Below are positions 50,374-60,557 of a DNA stretch of 64,000 nucleotides, one piece after another. Position numbers and translations under genes: made by a program. The notes beneath the pieces are model-generated. The model worked only from the letters and a program-made list of their open reading frames with translations, was not told where the DNA came from and did no database searches. Source of the DNA: a virus; IMG/VR virus record IMGVR_UViG_3300020045_012645, positions 36,022 through 100,021 of that record. One strand, given 5' to 3'. The stretch's first letter is position 1; every line of letters starts with the position of its first letter.

Positions 50374-50702
50374 AATAGTTTTCCTTTAATGTTATTTAAT
50401 TGAGTTAGGTTTGTATATATTTGATAATCTATAAATCTAATTGGAAAATAATCAGATGTTTGATGTAATGTATCATTTACTGTGTCGTAAAAATTTAACT
50501 GTGCATCTGCAACATAACAGTTGGTATCTGTGTTGAAAGTTAATACTACAATAAAATGCTCTATTGGTTTATTCTTGTTTAAATTTATATTTGTTAATTC
50601 ATAAAAACAATCTTCATAGTCCGAAGCATTGAAGTCAACTGCAAAACCAGAGCCACAAAAGGTTGTATGTTTATGTTCTACTTCAATATCTATAATATCC
50701 AT
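50364..50702 (-). CDS. Hypothetical protein
   Basis: 112-aa ORF in operon. Confidence 0.5.
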   Translation of the reverse strand: MDIIDIEVEHKHTTFCGSGFAVDFNASDYEDCFYELTNINLNKNKPIEHFIVVLTFNTDTNCYVADAQLNFYDTVNDTLHQTSDYFPIRFIDYQIYTNLTQLNNIKGKLLCA

Positions 50703-50715
50703 TTACTTATTCCTA

Positions 50716-51138
50716 TTAAAATGGTAAATCACCAATTGCTCTATATAAACTGTTATATTTACTGTCTATGTTTATTTTATCTTTTACATCAATAATTGCA
50801 GAGAAAAATGCTCTACCTTTATCATATATATTACTTGGATCTCTTGTTACTAAAAATAAATCAGTAATATAAATGTTTGCATGTGTTGTAATATTTGAAA
50901 AAGCATAAATAGCATTCTTTCCATTTCTTACTATTTTGTTTGTAGCAAAAGAACTACCAGATGATAATATTTCTACGGTTTTATTTCTATTTTTATTTCC
51001 TATGTATACAACTTCATAATTAATTCTATCAGATGCTAATTGCTTATCAACAGTTATAACTTTTATTCCCATTAACTTATCTGTTAGATATACGTAATTT
51101 TTTTCTAAATATATGTGGTCTATATATGGTAATTTCAT
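50716..51138 (-). CDS. Hypothetical protein, local paralog family member
   Basis: LEKNYVYLTDKL...YITDLF. Confidence 0.55.
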   Translation of the reverse strand: MKLPYIDHIYLEKNYVYLTDKLMGIKVITVDKQLASDRINYEVVYIGNKNRNKTVEILSSGSSFATNKIVRNGKNAIYAFSNITTHANIYITDLFLVTRDPSNIYDKGRAFFSAIIDVKDKINIDSKYNSLYRAIGDLPF

Positions 51139-51432
51139 CTCTGGTACTCCTTGTTAAAATTCCATTTTGTGTTTTTGTATGTCAGCTTTGTTCTTAGCTT
51201 CTACAACAGCTTTTGCTCTTTTTGTAGCAGTTTCTATGTTTGGAGCATAAACTTTGATTTCAGTACCAGATATGATGCCTTTAAATGTATAATTATTGTT
51301 TGATTCATTTGTTAGCATATATGTCATTAGTATAAAATATTCCCTAGTCTAATATATTTACCTTTTATTTCTCTATGTGAGTTAAGTATTCTATTCAAAT
51401 ATATTTTTTTTAATTTAATCACAACTGGTACC

Positions 51433-51861
51433 TTATTTTAGTTTTACTTTTAATTCCCAATATTTATCATATATTCTTTTAGATTGTTCATAATCTATTT
51501 CACAAAGAATATACTCTGTGTTAAATATTCCTTTTGCGTCTATCTTAATATTATTTGTTGGTTGAATATCTTTATATACAAGAAATCTATTTAAATCTTT
51601 GCTATAGTCAACCATAAAAAACAAGTCAGATATATAATTTAATTCAGATGATATAAAATTAAACTGAGTAATTATATTTTTATAATTATGTTTTTGAGAT
51701 ACTGCCCATGTTCCATCTTTTGTTACGCAGTACCAGTGTCTTCTTGAGATACAACTTGCTCTAAATATATATCTTGGTGAAGATGATTGTTCAATATTAT
51801 TTTCAATAGTAAAAGCTTCAAGTTTTTTATTTAATGATAATTTGTCAATATTTAATATCAT
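51433..51861 (-). CDS. Hypothetical protein, local paralog family member
   Basis: MILNIDKLSLNKKL...KDG...YISDLF. Confidence 0.55.
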   Translation of the reverse strand: MILNIDKLSLNKKLEAFTIENNIEQSSSPRYIFRASCISRRHWYCVTKDGTWAVSQKHNYKNIITQFNFISSELNYISDLFFMVDYSKDLNRFLVYKDIQPTNNIKIDAKGIFNTEYILCEIDYEQSKRIYDKYWELKVKLK

Positions 51862-51940
51862 AATCTGGTACTCTTGTTAGAAGTCAAGATGTTTTTGAAA
51901 TGAAATTTTGATACGTGTGACATTTTGTCCCTTTATTAAT

Positions 51941-52300
51941 TTAATTTTCGAAGTCCGATTTATTTAAACAATTATCTAAATATCTTCTTTTGTTTTTTAT
52001 ATCAAACAAATAATCTAATCCAATGTCATTAACAATTATGCAAGTTGTTAGTTTTATTTTTGTTCTATTTAAAGATATTTCAAAATCTGAATATATACCA
52101 TTTGATTCTTCACTTGCTGTTATTTCTGATATTATTGATTGTGTACTGGGATGCGTTATGCATATTCCACTTTTATTAAATTCTATAAGCCAATTATTTT
52201 TTTCTAAAAGTTTACCAATATAATATTTTCCATTTTTATATGTATCGTGAACTATTTGAAGTGTTCTAGTTACATATCTTTTATCTTCTTCAAGTATCAT
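51941..52300 (-). CDS. Hypothetical protein, local paralog family member
   Basis: MILEEDKRYVTRTL...SIISEI. Confidence 0.55.
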   Translation of the reverse strand: MILEEDKRYVTRTLQIVHDTYKNGKYYIGKLLEKNNWLIEFNKSGICITHPSTQSIISEITASEESNGIYSDFEISLNRTKIKLTTCIIVNDIGLDYLFDIKNKRRYLDNCLNKSDFEN

Positions 52301-52698
52301 TTCTCGCTCCTTATTAGAAATTGCAATCTATCTTGTTTATTTTTTATGTTCTTAATCTGGTATGATGACAAAATATTTATTACACAATTTTTATTGTCAT
52401 TTGACATTCCGTTATCGTATTGATAGTTTAACCTATTGCTTGAATATATATATAAATCAAATATATCATTAATTATATGTTCATTTTTGTATTCATAAAG
52501 TGGTATATCAGTTATGATGTCATTTATTGATTTTATTTTTGAACCTAGATATTCACCATCTTTACATAAAAATTTTGCAGAATCTGTTTTGTTTATTAAT
52601 CTTATCTCTATTGGATAACTAGCATAAGTATTTACTGAAACAACTATTGATAGTTGAAGAATTCTGTTTATATATAATTTATCTTTTATAAATTCCAT
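52297..52698 (-). CDS. Hypothetical protein, local paralog family member
   Basis: MEFIKDKLYINRIL...KDG...DIITDI...INDIF. Confidence 0.55.
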   Translation of the reverse strand: MEFIKDKLYINRILQLSIVVSVNTYASYPIEIRLINKTDSAKFLCKDGEYLGSKIKSINDIITDIPLYEYKNEHIINDIFDLYIYSSNRLNYQYDNGMSNDNKNCVINILSSYQIKNIKNKQDRLQFLIRSEK

Positions 52699-52938
52699 TT
52701 ATCTGGTACTTCCTTATATTAAATTTTTAGAGTTAATTAGAGAATCAATATATTGGGACCGACTCCTCAATTGATTCACTAATGAACTCGTATTGAAATA
52801 AACTAATCAGAATCCGACAAAAGGTAAAGTCATGGAAGTAACTTATAAAATCGGATTAACTGATTAGTTTATAAAATATTTAGAGGTGACAGCTCTATGA
52901 TATTCATTAAAAGGATTGTACATAACAGTGTACAGGTT

Positions 52939-53014
52939 TGCAGATAGTTGGACTCAAACCAACGATAATATCCTCTTAAACGAGGTCGCTTTATCAATTA
53001 AGCTATTATCTGCA
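52939..53014 (-). tRNA. tRNA-like gene with aberrant anticodon arm (possibly Lys-derived)
   Basis: Acceptor GCAGATA/TATCTGC, D-arm GCTT-AATTGATA-AAGC, T-arm GTTGG-TTTGAGT-CCAAC; anticodon arm CCTC-GTTTAA-GAGG (6-nt loop); no encoded CCA. Confidence 0.65.
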
Positions 53015-53121
53015 TATAAATTGTTTTTTTTTGCCCACATAATGAGGACTTGTACCACAACTATTCGATTGCGACTTGTGTGGGCAAAAATCGCTAGCTG
53101 TTTTCCATATGCATATATGTT

Positions 53122-53200
53122 CGGTGTTTATTTTCAGGAATCGAACCTTTTATGGACCATCTAATACTCAATGTGCTCTATCAGTAAGCTATAATAAACA
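53122..53200 (-). pseudogene. Degenerate tRNA-like element
   Basis: GTTTATT/AATAAAC acceptor, TAGCTTACTGATAGAGC D-arm, AGG-TTCGATT-CCT T-arm; anticodon arm not canonical. Confidence 0.55.
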
Positions 53201-53407
53201 TTTATTTAGATATTGTTTTAATTCATTTTGTTTTATTTTATTATGAACTTTTTGTTTAATATCTATATTATCAAAAAAATAAAATATCTGCAAAATATTC
53301 ATATTTTGGATAATTTGTAAATTGTCCATATTTAATTATATTTCCAACTATTTCTTTTCCATTATATATATCAAAACTACCATGTTTTGTTTTATTTTGT
53401 TTTATTT

Positions 53408-53674
53408 TTAGCATTTATTTTGTTCTAACTTATCAATTTCTTTTTCAAGTCTATTTATTAATTTTTCTTGATCATCTTTTGTATCATTTGCTGAATCTAG
53501 ATCATCTTGTAAACATTTATTTTGATATTCTAACTCTACAATTTCTGCTTTCAGATCTTCTACTACTATTGAATTTTCAATTAATTCTTCAACTTCATCT
53601 TCTGATAGTGTAATTTCTTTTCCAGATGATAATGTATATTTACAAATACCATCGCAAATATATTCTTTTTGCAT
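53408..53674 (-). CDS. Hypothetical coiled-coil protein
   Basis: 88 aa with heptad-like C-half. Confidence 0.6.
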   Translation of the reverse strand: MQKEYICDGICKYTLSSGKEITLSEDEVEELIENSIVVEDLKAEIVELEYQNKCLQDDLDSANDTKDDQEKLINRLEKEIDKLEQNKC

Positions 53675-53964
53675 AATAATCCTAAAATATAAAAGAACCA
53701 GATATTTTTATTACAGCATTGCAGATTATCAAGTCCGATACCGCAATAAAAAAAAACCTCTGGTTCTAAAGTTTTAAATATAACAAAACTGTTCTCTTAA
53801 CTTCAATTCGATTTATTTTTAAACTTTTATGTTCATAGATTACTATGAACCGACATACAACTCTTTTCTAACCACTGCTAAGTTTCTATAATAAGTTGTT
53901 GTATATTCTGAGCTTAAAGCCACTCAACTCCACGATTTTATAGCAATAATGTGGTTCTTTGCTG

Positions 53965-54036
53965 TGCCGCCTTTATGGATTTGCACCAACATCTCCAAAT
54001 TAACATTTGGTGTTTTCTAGTAAACTATCGGACGGA
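53965..54036 (-). pseudogene. Degenerate tRNA-Asn(GTT)-like element
   Basis: D-arm TAGTTTACTAGAAAAC, CCAAA-TGTTAA-TTTGG anticodon arm, TGG-TGCAAAT-CCA T-arm, weak acceptor stem. Confidence 0.5.
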
Positions 54037-54436
54037 TATATCACCTGGGCTTCATTTCTGATATTTCCTTATGGTGTTTTATTCAAGACTACTTGAACCC
54101 AGCTAAGTATTTACTAATTCCAATAAGCAAATGGTGCTACCGTGGAGCAACATGTTATTGGAACCATAAGTACTTATTGTTTTAGTATATATTTGCATAT
54201 ACTAGACTAGTTGAGCTTTAATCAACATCTGGAAATCCCATCCATATTCTTATCGTGTGCCCCGTTATGATAAGTTTCGTAGCCATTTAATCATCTATTC
54301 TTCAAATACCCTTTCGTATTCTCGTATCTCTGTTGCAACAGTTTGGATACTACCTTCTGGTACTCTAGTTTGAAGTCACTACTGATTCCCAATTTTGATT
54401 TATTTTATTAAATCTTTAATTGCATCGAAGAAACTA

Positions 54437-55501
54437 CTATTTGTCAACAGAATCTTCTTTTGATTTATCACAAGTTGATTTATTATTATCTGATTTATCT
54501 TCTTTTGATTTTTCATCTTTTAGTCTTGTAACAACAACTGGAATTTCAGTTGTAATTTCAGAATGCAGTTTATATGCTACGATTTTGTGACCAATTAATC
54601 TATAGTCTGTTGCAGCTTTTTGTTTAATATCTTCAATGTTTTCTGCTGTTGCATTTGCATGTTCAGAACCATCTGGATTGTAAATTGTTACTAAGAATTT
54701 TGGTTTTTTATCATAATCTGATACTCCGAAAATTGAGTTAATAATATCTTGAAATGGCATAATTGCCTCCTTGTTTTGTTTTTTAATTTGTATTGGTTGA
54801 ATGTTTTCTTGAATAATTTGTTTTTCATCATCCGATTTTTTTTTAAATTTATCAATGAAATCTTTACACGAAATATTTGGTTTGTCTATAGATGTCATTA
54901 CTCCAAACCATCTGTTTTTTGCACATCTTAAGACTCCCATTTTTGCATAAAACATACTTCTGATTCTATTTTCGTGAAGAATTGAATCAAACTCTTGATC
55001 ATTATCAAGCATAACTTGTCTGAGTTCTAATCTTTCATTAACTAACGTATTTGAAATATCAACAATATAATCTGTAATTGGTATATCTTTTATTGTTTTA
55101 AGAATAATTACATCTTCTGGTTGAACACCATATTCAAATGTTTTATCAATATGCAGTCCATAGTTGATAGTTCCATCTTTTTGTATGTTGGTTATAGTAA
55201 ATATTTGACCTTTTTTTGGATTACCTTGCTTAGGTACAGAACCATAATCCATATCTTTTAAAAAGATAATATCATCACCTGGTACTGCATGTTCAATAGT
55301 TGTTTCTTTTATGAATCTTCTGCTTTTTCCTGATCCCCAACTTTTATTTTCTTTAAATGAATTGTCGATAATATTAACAATATCTTTATCTTGTCCAATA
55401 ACTAGATAAGGTTTATCTCTTGTTACATACTGATTATCCAAATCTGTATATAGAATTGCATTTCCTGTTTTTGTTTCTATTGGTTGTAATTCATATCTCA
55501 T
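54437..55501 (-). CDS. Hypothetical multidomain protein
   Basis: 354-aa ORF. Confidence 0.6.
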   Translation of the reverse strand: MRYELQPIETKTGNAILYTDLDNQYVTRDKPYLVIGQDKDIVNIIDNSFKENKSWGSGKSRRFIKETTIEHAVPGDDIIFLKDMDYGSVPKQGNPKKGQIFTITNIQKDGTINYGLHIDKTFEYGVQPEDVIILKTIKDIPITDYIVDISNTLVNERLELRQVMLDNDQEFDSILHENRIRSMFYAKMGVLRCAKNRWFGVMTSIDKPNISCKDFIDKFKKKSDDEKQIIQENIQPIQIKKQNKEAIMPFQDIINSIFGVSDYDKKPKFLVTIYNPDGSEHANATAENIEDIKQKAATDYRLIGHKIVAYKLHSEITTEIPVVVTRLKDEKSKEDKSDNNKSTCDKSKEDSVDK

Positions 55502-55504
55502 AGT

Positions 55505-55783
55505 TTATTCCTTTTTGAAATCACAATCTAATCCTGATCCAGTACTTGAAGCGAATATTGTTGTGCAATATCTTCCATGAGAATCAATAAAAGAGTAAGC
55601 TCTTAAATCTTGACCTGATGCATTTATCTGGTACTGATTGCTTTCGATAGTTTTCATTCCTGATAACTGAGCTGACCACCAACTAAATGTTAATCCAGTT
55701 GATTTTGAGATCCATGCAGCTGCTATCAAGAGTACCAGTGATAGTGAGATTACTACTAGCAATATTGTTTTTAATTTTGTCAT
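55505..55783 (-). CDS. Small membrane-anchored protein
   Basis: N-terminal TM segment, C-terminal Cys pair. Confidence 0.6.
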   Translation of the reverse strand: MTKLKTILLVVISLSLVLLIAAAWISKSTGLTFSWWSAQLSGMKTIESNQYQINASGQDLRAYSFIDSHGRYCTTIFASSTGSGLDCDFKKE

Positions 55784-55792
55784 GTTGTTTCC

Positions 55793-56668
55793 TTATTGAA
55801 ATAGTGTTACTTTAAAATCTCTATATACATCTGCAATTTCAGCTCTTTGTTTTCTTGAAGTAAGTTCATTGTTGATAACTATATAACATCTAGTTTCAAT
55901 CAGTTTTACTGATTTATTGAATACTCCTGATTTGTTATAAACTTCAGTTGTGAAATTATAAACTGGTTTTTCTTCACCGTTTAGTTTGATTTTGTCATTT
56001 AAGTCGGAATCATCTACATCTGCGAAGTATAAACCTTTGGTTGCATTTACTTTTTGAGTAAATTCATTTGATGTATCAATATGCGATGTTCTAATTATTG
56101 CATCATATTTTTTATTAACTAAATCATTAATAGCTAATTGGTCTAGCTCACCATACACTGGTTCTGCTATGTAATTAGGTTCTAGCAATTGCATGTTTCT
56201 CCAAGAACCTGCACCTCCTGATTTTTGTAAACCTACAAATACTTTAGCACCTTTTTTTTGAAGATCGTCTTCTGTCATTCCATCTCTCATAATTAATTGA
56301 ACATGTTCTGTTCTGTCTGTTACGATTACTGTAAACTTATCTGCGTATGAAGAATGAGAATTAATCCAGTGATTATAAACATCTCCTTGAACAAAAGCAA
56401 CATTTATCTTACCTTCTGCCATAAGGTCTAGATTATGTCCAGAACCATCAGTCGTTGCAGCATATGCACCTTTTAAATTAGGAGCCATTTTTAGAGAACC
56501 AGCTTTATAATAAGAACTTGTATCGGTAGCTGTACCTATCATAAATCTTTGAGGTTTACCATTAAATGGATTTTCTAGTACAACATCTTGCTCTACAGAA
56601 GCTGAACCAAATCCAGCTCCAAACATTGTTGATGCTGCAAATAAACAGCTTAATATTAATTTTTTCAT
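55793..56668 (-). CDS. TAXI-family TRAP solute-binding-like exported protein
   Basis: Signal peptide; IGTA..SSYY, TTDGSGHNL, AFVQGD, EHVQLI, VFVG...SGG. Confidence 0.75.
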   Translation of the reverse strand: MKKLILSCLFAASTMFGAGFGSASVEQDVVLENPFNGKPQRFMIGTATDTSSYYKAGSLKMAPNLKGAYAATTDGSGHNLDLMAEGKINVAFVQGDVYNHWINSHSSYADKFTVIVTDRTEHVQLIMRDGMTEDDLQKKGAKVFVGLQKSGGAGSWRNMQLLEPNYIAEPVYGELDQLAINDLVNKKYDAIIRTSHIDTSNEFTQKVNATKGLYFADVDDSDLNDKIKLNGEEKPVYNFTTEVYNKSGVFNKSVKLIETRCYIVINNELTSRKQRAEIADVYRDFKVTLFQ

Positions 56669-56689
56669 TTTACCTTCTTTGTTTGTAAT

Positions 56690-57067
56690 TTATTTTACTT
56701 TTCTCTCGATTGTATATAATCTTGAGTCAAGTTTATTATTAATTGATTTTAATCTGTCAATTTCAGATTCTAAGTTATAGATTTTATTTCTAATTCTATC
56801 AATGTCATTAAAGTCAATATTTGATTTTGTTGTAGTTTTTAACTTGTCATTAACTGTATCATTAAAGTTTTTTTGAGCAATATTGAAATCTAATTGACCT
56901 TGATTAACTTTCTCTTGTTCCCAAATGAAATCTTGATAATTTGTATTTTTTTTATTTTGTTGTTCTATGAAGTTAATAGTTGGAGCAATATCATTTTCAT
57001 AGTTAACTGCATATGCAGAAGTCATAAGTACCAGAGTTGATACTAACATTAGTAATAGTTTTTTCAT
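56690..57067 (-). CDS. Exported coiled-coil protein
   Basis: Signal peptide ending AYA; coiled-coil C-terminus. Confidence 0.6.
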   Translation of the reverse strand: MKKLLLMLVSTLVLMTSAYAVNYENDIAPTINFIEQQNKKNTNYQDFIWEQEKVNQGQLDFNIAQKNFNDTVNDKLKTTTKSNIDFNDIDRIRNKIYNLESEIDRLKSINNKLDSRLYTIERKVK

Positions 57068-57131
57068 TTATTTATTTCCTTGTTTTAGTTTCATCATCCG
57101 ACACATTTATCTGGTACTCTTAATATAGTTC

Positions 57132-57449
57132 TTATATTAAATAGTAAACCAAGAAAATTGCAATACATATTGTTGCTGTTAGAACATATTTTAGATTTTT
57201 ATCTTGTTCTTTATCTTTTTTTTTTTTTATATGTTCTTCGTGTTTGGTTGTTATTGTTTCAATGTTATATGAGCAGTTTCGTATTACATAATATCCACTT
57301 AATATTTCTCCAGGATTATATTGTTTTATTTTATTTTCATAAATATCTGAACAATATAATATTTTATTTTCAACTGCAAATACTGAAGATTGATATGTGG
57401 TACCAGCTAATGAAAATGTAGCTAATATAATAAATAGTAATAGTTTCAT
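57132..57449 (-). CDS. Exported/membrane protein
   Basis: Signal peptide plus C-terminal TM segment. Confidence 0.55.
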   Translation of the reverse strand: MKLLLFIILATFSLAGTTYQSSVFAVENKILYCSDIYENKIKQYNPGEILSGYYVIRNCSYNIETITTKHEEHIKKKKDKEQDKNLKYVLTATICIAIFLVYYLI

Positions 57450-57904
57450 TAAAACTCCACTGTTCCATCATTTAGTAATTCTACAAGTTTTTTGGCATTA
57501 TCTTGAGACATAAATATGCAATTTATATAATTATTTTCTGCATATATTTCATATGTATATTTATTATGTCTATTATTAAATACTATACAATATTTTTTTT
57601 GGTTAAAACTACTCCAATCAGCTTTAAAGCCATCGTCATTCTCTGAGATCCAATTCAATTGTCTTGCGTATGAACGAAGTGCTTTAGCTGCTTGTTCTGC
57701 TTGTTGTTGTGTTTGATACGCTAAGCCTAGCAATCTAATTTTTTCTGTGCTTTGGTAGTTTATAATACTAAAATTTAATCCTATTGTATACCCACCACCT
57801 TTTGGTTCCCATTTAGTAGCAGGTTTAGGTGGTTCAATAGTAATTGATTGACCAGATTGTAGAGCTTTCATTTGTTCATCTGTTAGTGTTATCGTGTTAG
57901 TCAT
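57449..57904 (-). CDS. Hypothetical phage protein
   Basis: WEPK.G..Y, AYQT.QQAEQA, ADWS..NQKKY pattern. Confidence 0.65.
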   Translation of the reverse strand: MTNTITLTDEQMKALQSGQSITIEPPKPATKWEPKGGGYTIGLNFSIINYQSTEKIRLLGLAYQTQQQAEQAAKALRSYARQLNWISENDDGFKADWSSFNQKKYCIVFNNRHNKYTYEIYAENNYINCIFMSQDNAKKLVELLNDGTVEF

Positions 57905-58148
57905 TTAGTTTCTCCAATGCTATATATTTTGTTGTATTATTTTTTGTTTTTTATATTTTATAACCCATTTGAGATAGCATAATTTTAGATTCTGTTTTAA
58001 TAAATGTAAATAATATATTATGCTGTCACAAGTAGATTAAACTTAAATACTCTGGTTCCTATGTTCTGCTAAGAACCAGAGTAAGTGAATTAACTAGCAT
58101 ATTTCTATGTTTTGTCTTATTTGTTTCAGTTGTACTAGTGTTTTTTTT

Positions 58149-58226
58149 TGTTAATTACAGGAGTCTTAATCTGAGTTTCAGTTTCAATTTGTATTTTACT
58201 GCGTTCTATCGTTGAACTATATTAAC
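58149..58226 (-). pseudogene. Degenerate tRNA-like element
   Basis: GTTAAT/ATTAAC acceptor, TAGTTCAACGATAGAAC D-arm, CAGT/ACTG stem with 15-nt loop, decayed T-arm. Confidence 0.45.
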
Positions 58227-58234
58227 TTTTTTTT

Positions 58235-58322
58235 TGGTGTCAAAGAAAGGAATTTAACCTTTCGCTATTATTTTGCAATAACAGTTTTGCTATGTCTCCA
58301 TATGCACCTACAGGATTTGACA
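58235..58322 (-). pseudogene. tRNA-like element with encoded CCA
   Basis: TGTCAAA/TTTGACA-CCA, GAAAGG-TTAAATT-CCTTTC T-arm, two internal hairpins, no canonical D-arm or anticodon loop. Confidence 0.5.
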
Positions 58323-58504
58323 TTTAAAGCACAAATAAATATACATAGGAATTTAACCATATGATGTCTAAGAACTCCATAGTTTATGTTCTAGTTAGTG
58401 GATTCGTATTACTACTACTTCATTTATTTGTATTGTACACTCAAAGCTAGTGTACTTAGCAAGAAATTATTTTAATATACCGTTACAATTCTTTTCATAC
58501 GGTT

Positions 58505-58581
58505 TGCAGATGAGTGGATTCGAACCACATTATTACGGCACACTGGTCCTCATCACCTTTCCACATTGGTTTCTATCTGCA
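58505..58581 (-). pseudogene. Degenerate tRNA-like element
   Basis: TGCAGAT/ATCTGCA acceptor, GTGG-TTCGAAT-CCAC T-arm, ACC..GG..GGT D-arm; anticodon arm unpaired. Confidence 0.55.
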
Positions 58582-59220
58582 TAGGAGACAAGAATTGGAT
58601 CAGTCTTCTTGTCTAAAATTAAATTTAAATTTAACTTTTTTTTTGATCCAACTGATTTATTTCTTTTTTGCTTTTGTTTTGATGTAATCTGAATATGGAA
58701 TCCATTTAGAAATTCCTTTTTTTTCAGCAGCATTTGCAGTTGTTAAAAACAAACCTGCAACCATTAATAATAGTACTATTTTTTTCATAGTATTTCCTTG
58801 TATATAATTTAGATAGTCATTTCTAATTACCATTATCCGAACGAACAGAACATTAATTATTCTCTATCAGAAATGACTTCAGAATCCGATAGCATTATCT
58901 GGTACTTATGTTTGAAGTCTCCTTGAGGTAAAAATTGTTTTTTGAAATTTTTCTCATTGAAGTTGGCTAATCTCGTTACATACATAAAATGATTACTTTA
59001 TGTGCATAAAATTAGTATAAATTGAATTTTGATCTTAAAAAACAAGTAATTTTGTTTTCATTATAAGAATTTAACTTTTTAATTAAGTAATTTATGTTTT
59101 TAATATCTGTTTTTTTTAATGCTCTACAATGTTTATGACTAGCTATAAAAGCTGGGTTTGTTGCTTTATCCCATCCTCCATCTTGCCTTTTAAATATAAA
59201 GTAATAGTTATCAAATTCAT

Positions 59221-59679
59221 TCATAGTGGTCTCTTGTATGCAAAGTCTGCATTTATTAGTGGATAGTATTTTGCATCTTTTCCATGCCAGTTATGAATTG
59301 AATCATGGCAATCATGGCAAACAGTTGTTAGTTCTGTATAAACATTTTCATTGAATAGATGTCTATATGTTATATGATGACAAGCAGATGTTTTGTATTC
59401 CACGTAGCATCCGCATTGCTGACAAGTGTTTAAATCAATGTCTAATCGTTGTTGTTTTAATTTATACCATTTAGAAGTTTTAAGATATTGTTCGTATGTA
59501 ATGTCACAATCTACATCTGGTACTACATATTCATCATTTTTTTTGATATATATAGTATTGCTTTGTTTTGATTTTCTCATTTTTTGAGAATATGAATTGT
59601 TTTCTTTATTTCTTGATTTTGTAGTATTGTATATCTCACTAGCAATCATCAACAATACTATAATAATTAACACTTCCAT
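59221..59679 (-). CDS. HNH endonuclease with N-terminal hydrophobic segment
   Basis: YLKTSKW..KQQRL..D..CQQCG..CHHITY..VCHDCHDSIH. Confidence 0.8.
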   Translation of the reverse strand: MEVLIIIVLLMIASEIYNTTKSRNKENNSYSQKMRKSKQSNTIYIKKNDEYVVPDVDCDITYEQYLKTSKWYKLKQQRLDIDLNTCQQCGCYVEYKTSACHHITYRHLFNENVYTELTTVCHDCHDSIHNWHGKDAKYYPLINADFAYKRPL

Positions 59680-59681
59680 TT

Positions 59682-60557
59682 TTAGTATTTATTACTTAGA
59701 ATTTGAGCTAAAACACTTGATGGAACTGTTGCGCCGCTTGACATTTTATGCCCTCCACCATCAAATTGTTGAGCAATAACAGATACATCAGTTAAATGGT
59801 CTAAAGATCTGAATGATATAACTACTGTATCTAATGAAGTATAAAAGAACATAATAGCTGGTACTTCATATTTATTGCAAATAGCATTACCTAGTTCTGA
59901 AATATTTTCTGTTGCATTAATTATTTTGAAATGTTGTCCTAATAACTTAATATCAAAGCATTTATCTACTTTTTCGCTAACTTGTTTGTATTGGGTTTTC
60001 AATGCAATCATTCCAATTCTTTTAAACAAATCAATATTATCTTGATATTGCCAATAAGCATCTTTGAATGATTTGATATTGTTTTTTTCAACTGTAAGAG
60101 CCAGTGCTGCTGATACTTCTTTTGATCCTGGTAATTCCCATTTCCACAAGTCTCTATCTTGAACATATTCAAATAACTCTGGTTCTAATGGATTAGTTCC
60201 TTTTTGTAAATTAAAGAAATCAAATGTAAGCATTGCTCCTGATTGTTCATTATCAAAGATTATATCAACATTGTTAATGTTTAATTGTGTTAAATGTTCT
60301 GCTGTTTTATGATGGTCTATTATATAGATTTCACTTACTTTACACGATAACTCTCTAATCATTTTTTCTGGTAATGAGAAGTCCAGTATATAGATATGGT
60401 CTTCTTCTGCTATTGGCATATCGTATACATTATTAACTTCGTTGTAATGCATTGGATAGAACTCCGCTTCTTCTTCTGCTTCTAGGAATGAACTATGAGC
60501 TATAAAAGCACTTGCTAGTCCATCCATACAGTCTTTATGATATATTACATGATTCAT
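59682..60557 (-). CDS. DHH/DHHA1 phosphoesterase
   Basis: YHKDCMDG, ILDFS, IIDHH, DRDLWKW, SFRS, GGGH. Confidence 0.9.
   Translation of the reverse strand: MNHVIYHKDCMDGLASAFIAHSSFLEAEEEAEFYPMHYNEVNNVYDMPIAEEDHIYILDFSLPEKMIRELSCKVSEIYIIDHHKTAEHLTQLNINNVDIIFDNEQSGAMLTFDFFNLQKGTNPLEPELFEYVQDRDLWKWELPGSKEVSAALALTVEKNNIKSFKDAYWQYQDNIDLFKRIGMIALKTQYKQVSEKVDKCFDIKLLGQHFKIINATENISELGNAICNKYEVPAIMFFYTSLDTVVISFRSLDHLTDVSVIAQQFDGGGHKMSSGATVPSSVLAQILSNKY

Noticed and set aside
52916-53164. 82-aa + strand ORF (also 58533-58733 and 49481-49702)
   Set aside because: They overlap tRNA-like or structured non-coding elements and lack coding signatures.
54131-54170. tRNA or tmRNA 3' end (GCACCA on the - strand)
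   Set aside because: I could not build a T-arm and acceptor stem around it.
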